From Candidatus Babeliales bacterium (GTDB lineage: Bacteria; Babelota; Babeliae; Babelales; JANWKD01), in the NCBI GenBank assembly GCA_963722255.1, contig CAVRJO010000002.1, positions 544,001-608,000 on the forward strand: a stretch of DNA of 64,000 bases, read 5' to 3'. Numbering within the stretch: the stretch's first letter is position 1; every line of letters begins with the position of its first letter. Below are positions 63,438 through 64,000 of this stretch, one piece after another. The position numbers and the translations under genes are program-made. The notes below the pieces were generated by a model. That model made no database searches and was not told the DNA's origin. It was given only the letters and a program-made list of their open reading frames with translations.

Positions 63438-63860
63438 ATGAAAAACTCTACTATATTTTTATTTCTACTAATATTGGCAACACAATCATGCTTAACAGCC
63501 ATGAATAATGAAAATGATCAAAGTTCCCAAATCAGCAAAGAATATGCAGACAAAACGGTAGTTCTTTTAACCAACTTTTGGATAAATAATCTAACGCTTA
63601 TTTCACTGAGCAAAAGCAGACATGAAAAATCTATAATTGCAAAACAGTTGTTTATTATAGCAAAGCAGATTAAAAAGATTAAAGTGTCTGATGAAAATAC
63701 TTTTAGCGTCATTACACAATGGCATAGGGCAATTGAGAGAACTCATTTTTTAGACATAGAACAAGACTTTCACCTTACTAAATTTAGAGATACAAATAGG
63801 TCAATAATCACAGCATTAGAGAGAATTTATAGTGAAATCACTAAAAAATCTTATAGGTAA
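63438..63860 (+). CDS. Secreted hypothetical protein
   Basis: AAGGA RBS, signal peptide ending TA|MNN. Confidence 0.7.
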   Translation: MKNSTIFLFLLILATQSCLTAMNNENDQSSQISKEYADKTVVLLTNFWINNLTLISLSKSRHEKSIIAKQLFIIAKQIKKIKVSDENTFSVITQWHRAIERTHFLDIEQDFHLTKFRDTNRSIITALERIYSEITKKSYR

Positions 63861-63897
63861 AAAAATAATAACAATTAAGGGATAGAAACATCTATTA

Positions 63898-64000
63898 CTA
63901 TTTTGAAGGCCAATCATCTGGTTTATCACCAAAATAGTAAACAAATTCATTAGACCCTGCTTGTTGCAGCAATGGATAGCGAGCAATACTTACTGAACCT
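63898..64000 (-). CDS. 3' end of a gene running off the window
   Basis: GSVSIARYPLLQQAGSNEFVYYFGDKPDDWPSK* followed by tandem stops. Confidence 0.5.
   Translation of the reverse strand, partial: GSVSIARYPLLQQAGSNEFVYYFGDKPDDWPSK

Overview
AT-rich bacterial window. The gene content (signal-peptide ankyrin and F-box proteins, beta-helix/WD40 paralogs, many secreted orphans) suggests an intracellular protist-associated bacterium such as Ca. Dependentiae/Babelota; this is inference only. Main parts: (1) 1-4.8 kb: ankyrin gene, EamA transporter, manC and a polyprenol-phosphate mannosyltransferase. (2) 4.9-18.4 kb: six tandem secreted paralogs, each with a variable 7-blade WD40-like propeller inserted into a conserved beta-helix scaffold and ending in FPP(L/F). 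(3) RluA, mgtE, two F-box genes separated by a displaced synonymous-only copy of the mgtE 3' end, SIMPL, tRNA-Lys and tRNA-Glu. (4) A genomic island of about 23-24 kb starting at tRNA-Glu. It holds a broken large serine recombinase, two copies of a Rep-centred module (one intact, one decayed), several toxin-antitoxin pairs, a GIY-YIG gene with tandem palindromic repeats, and three IS elements with clear TIRs and TSDs. (5) 48.8-64 kb: cfa, an MBL/DLH/erythromycin-esterase/PRPP-synthase/PRTase cluster, an atypical RNase HII, MNT-HEPN, an OPT-like transporter and murG. Single-base frameshifts are common, even in mgtE, so some pseudogene calls may be sequencing errors. All alignments and product calls were made by eye, without database searches.
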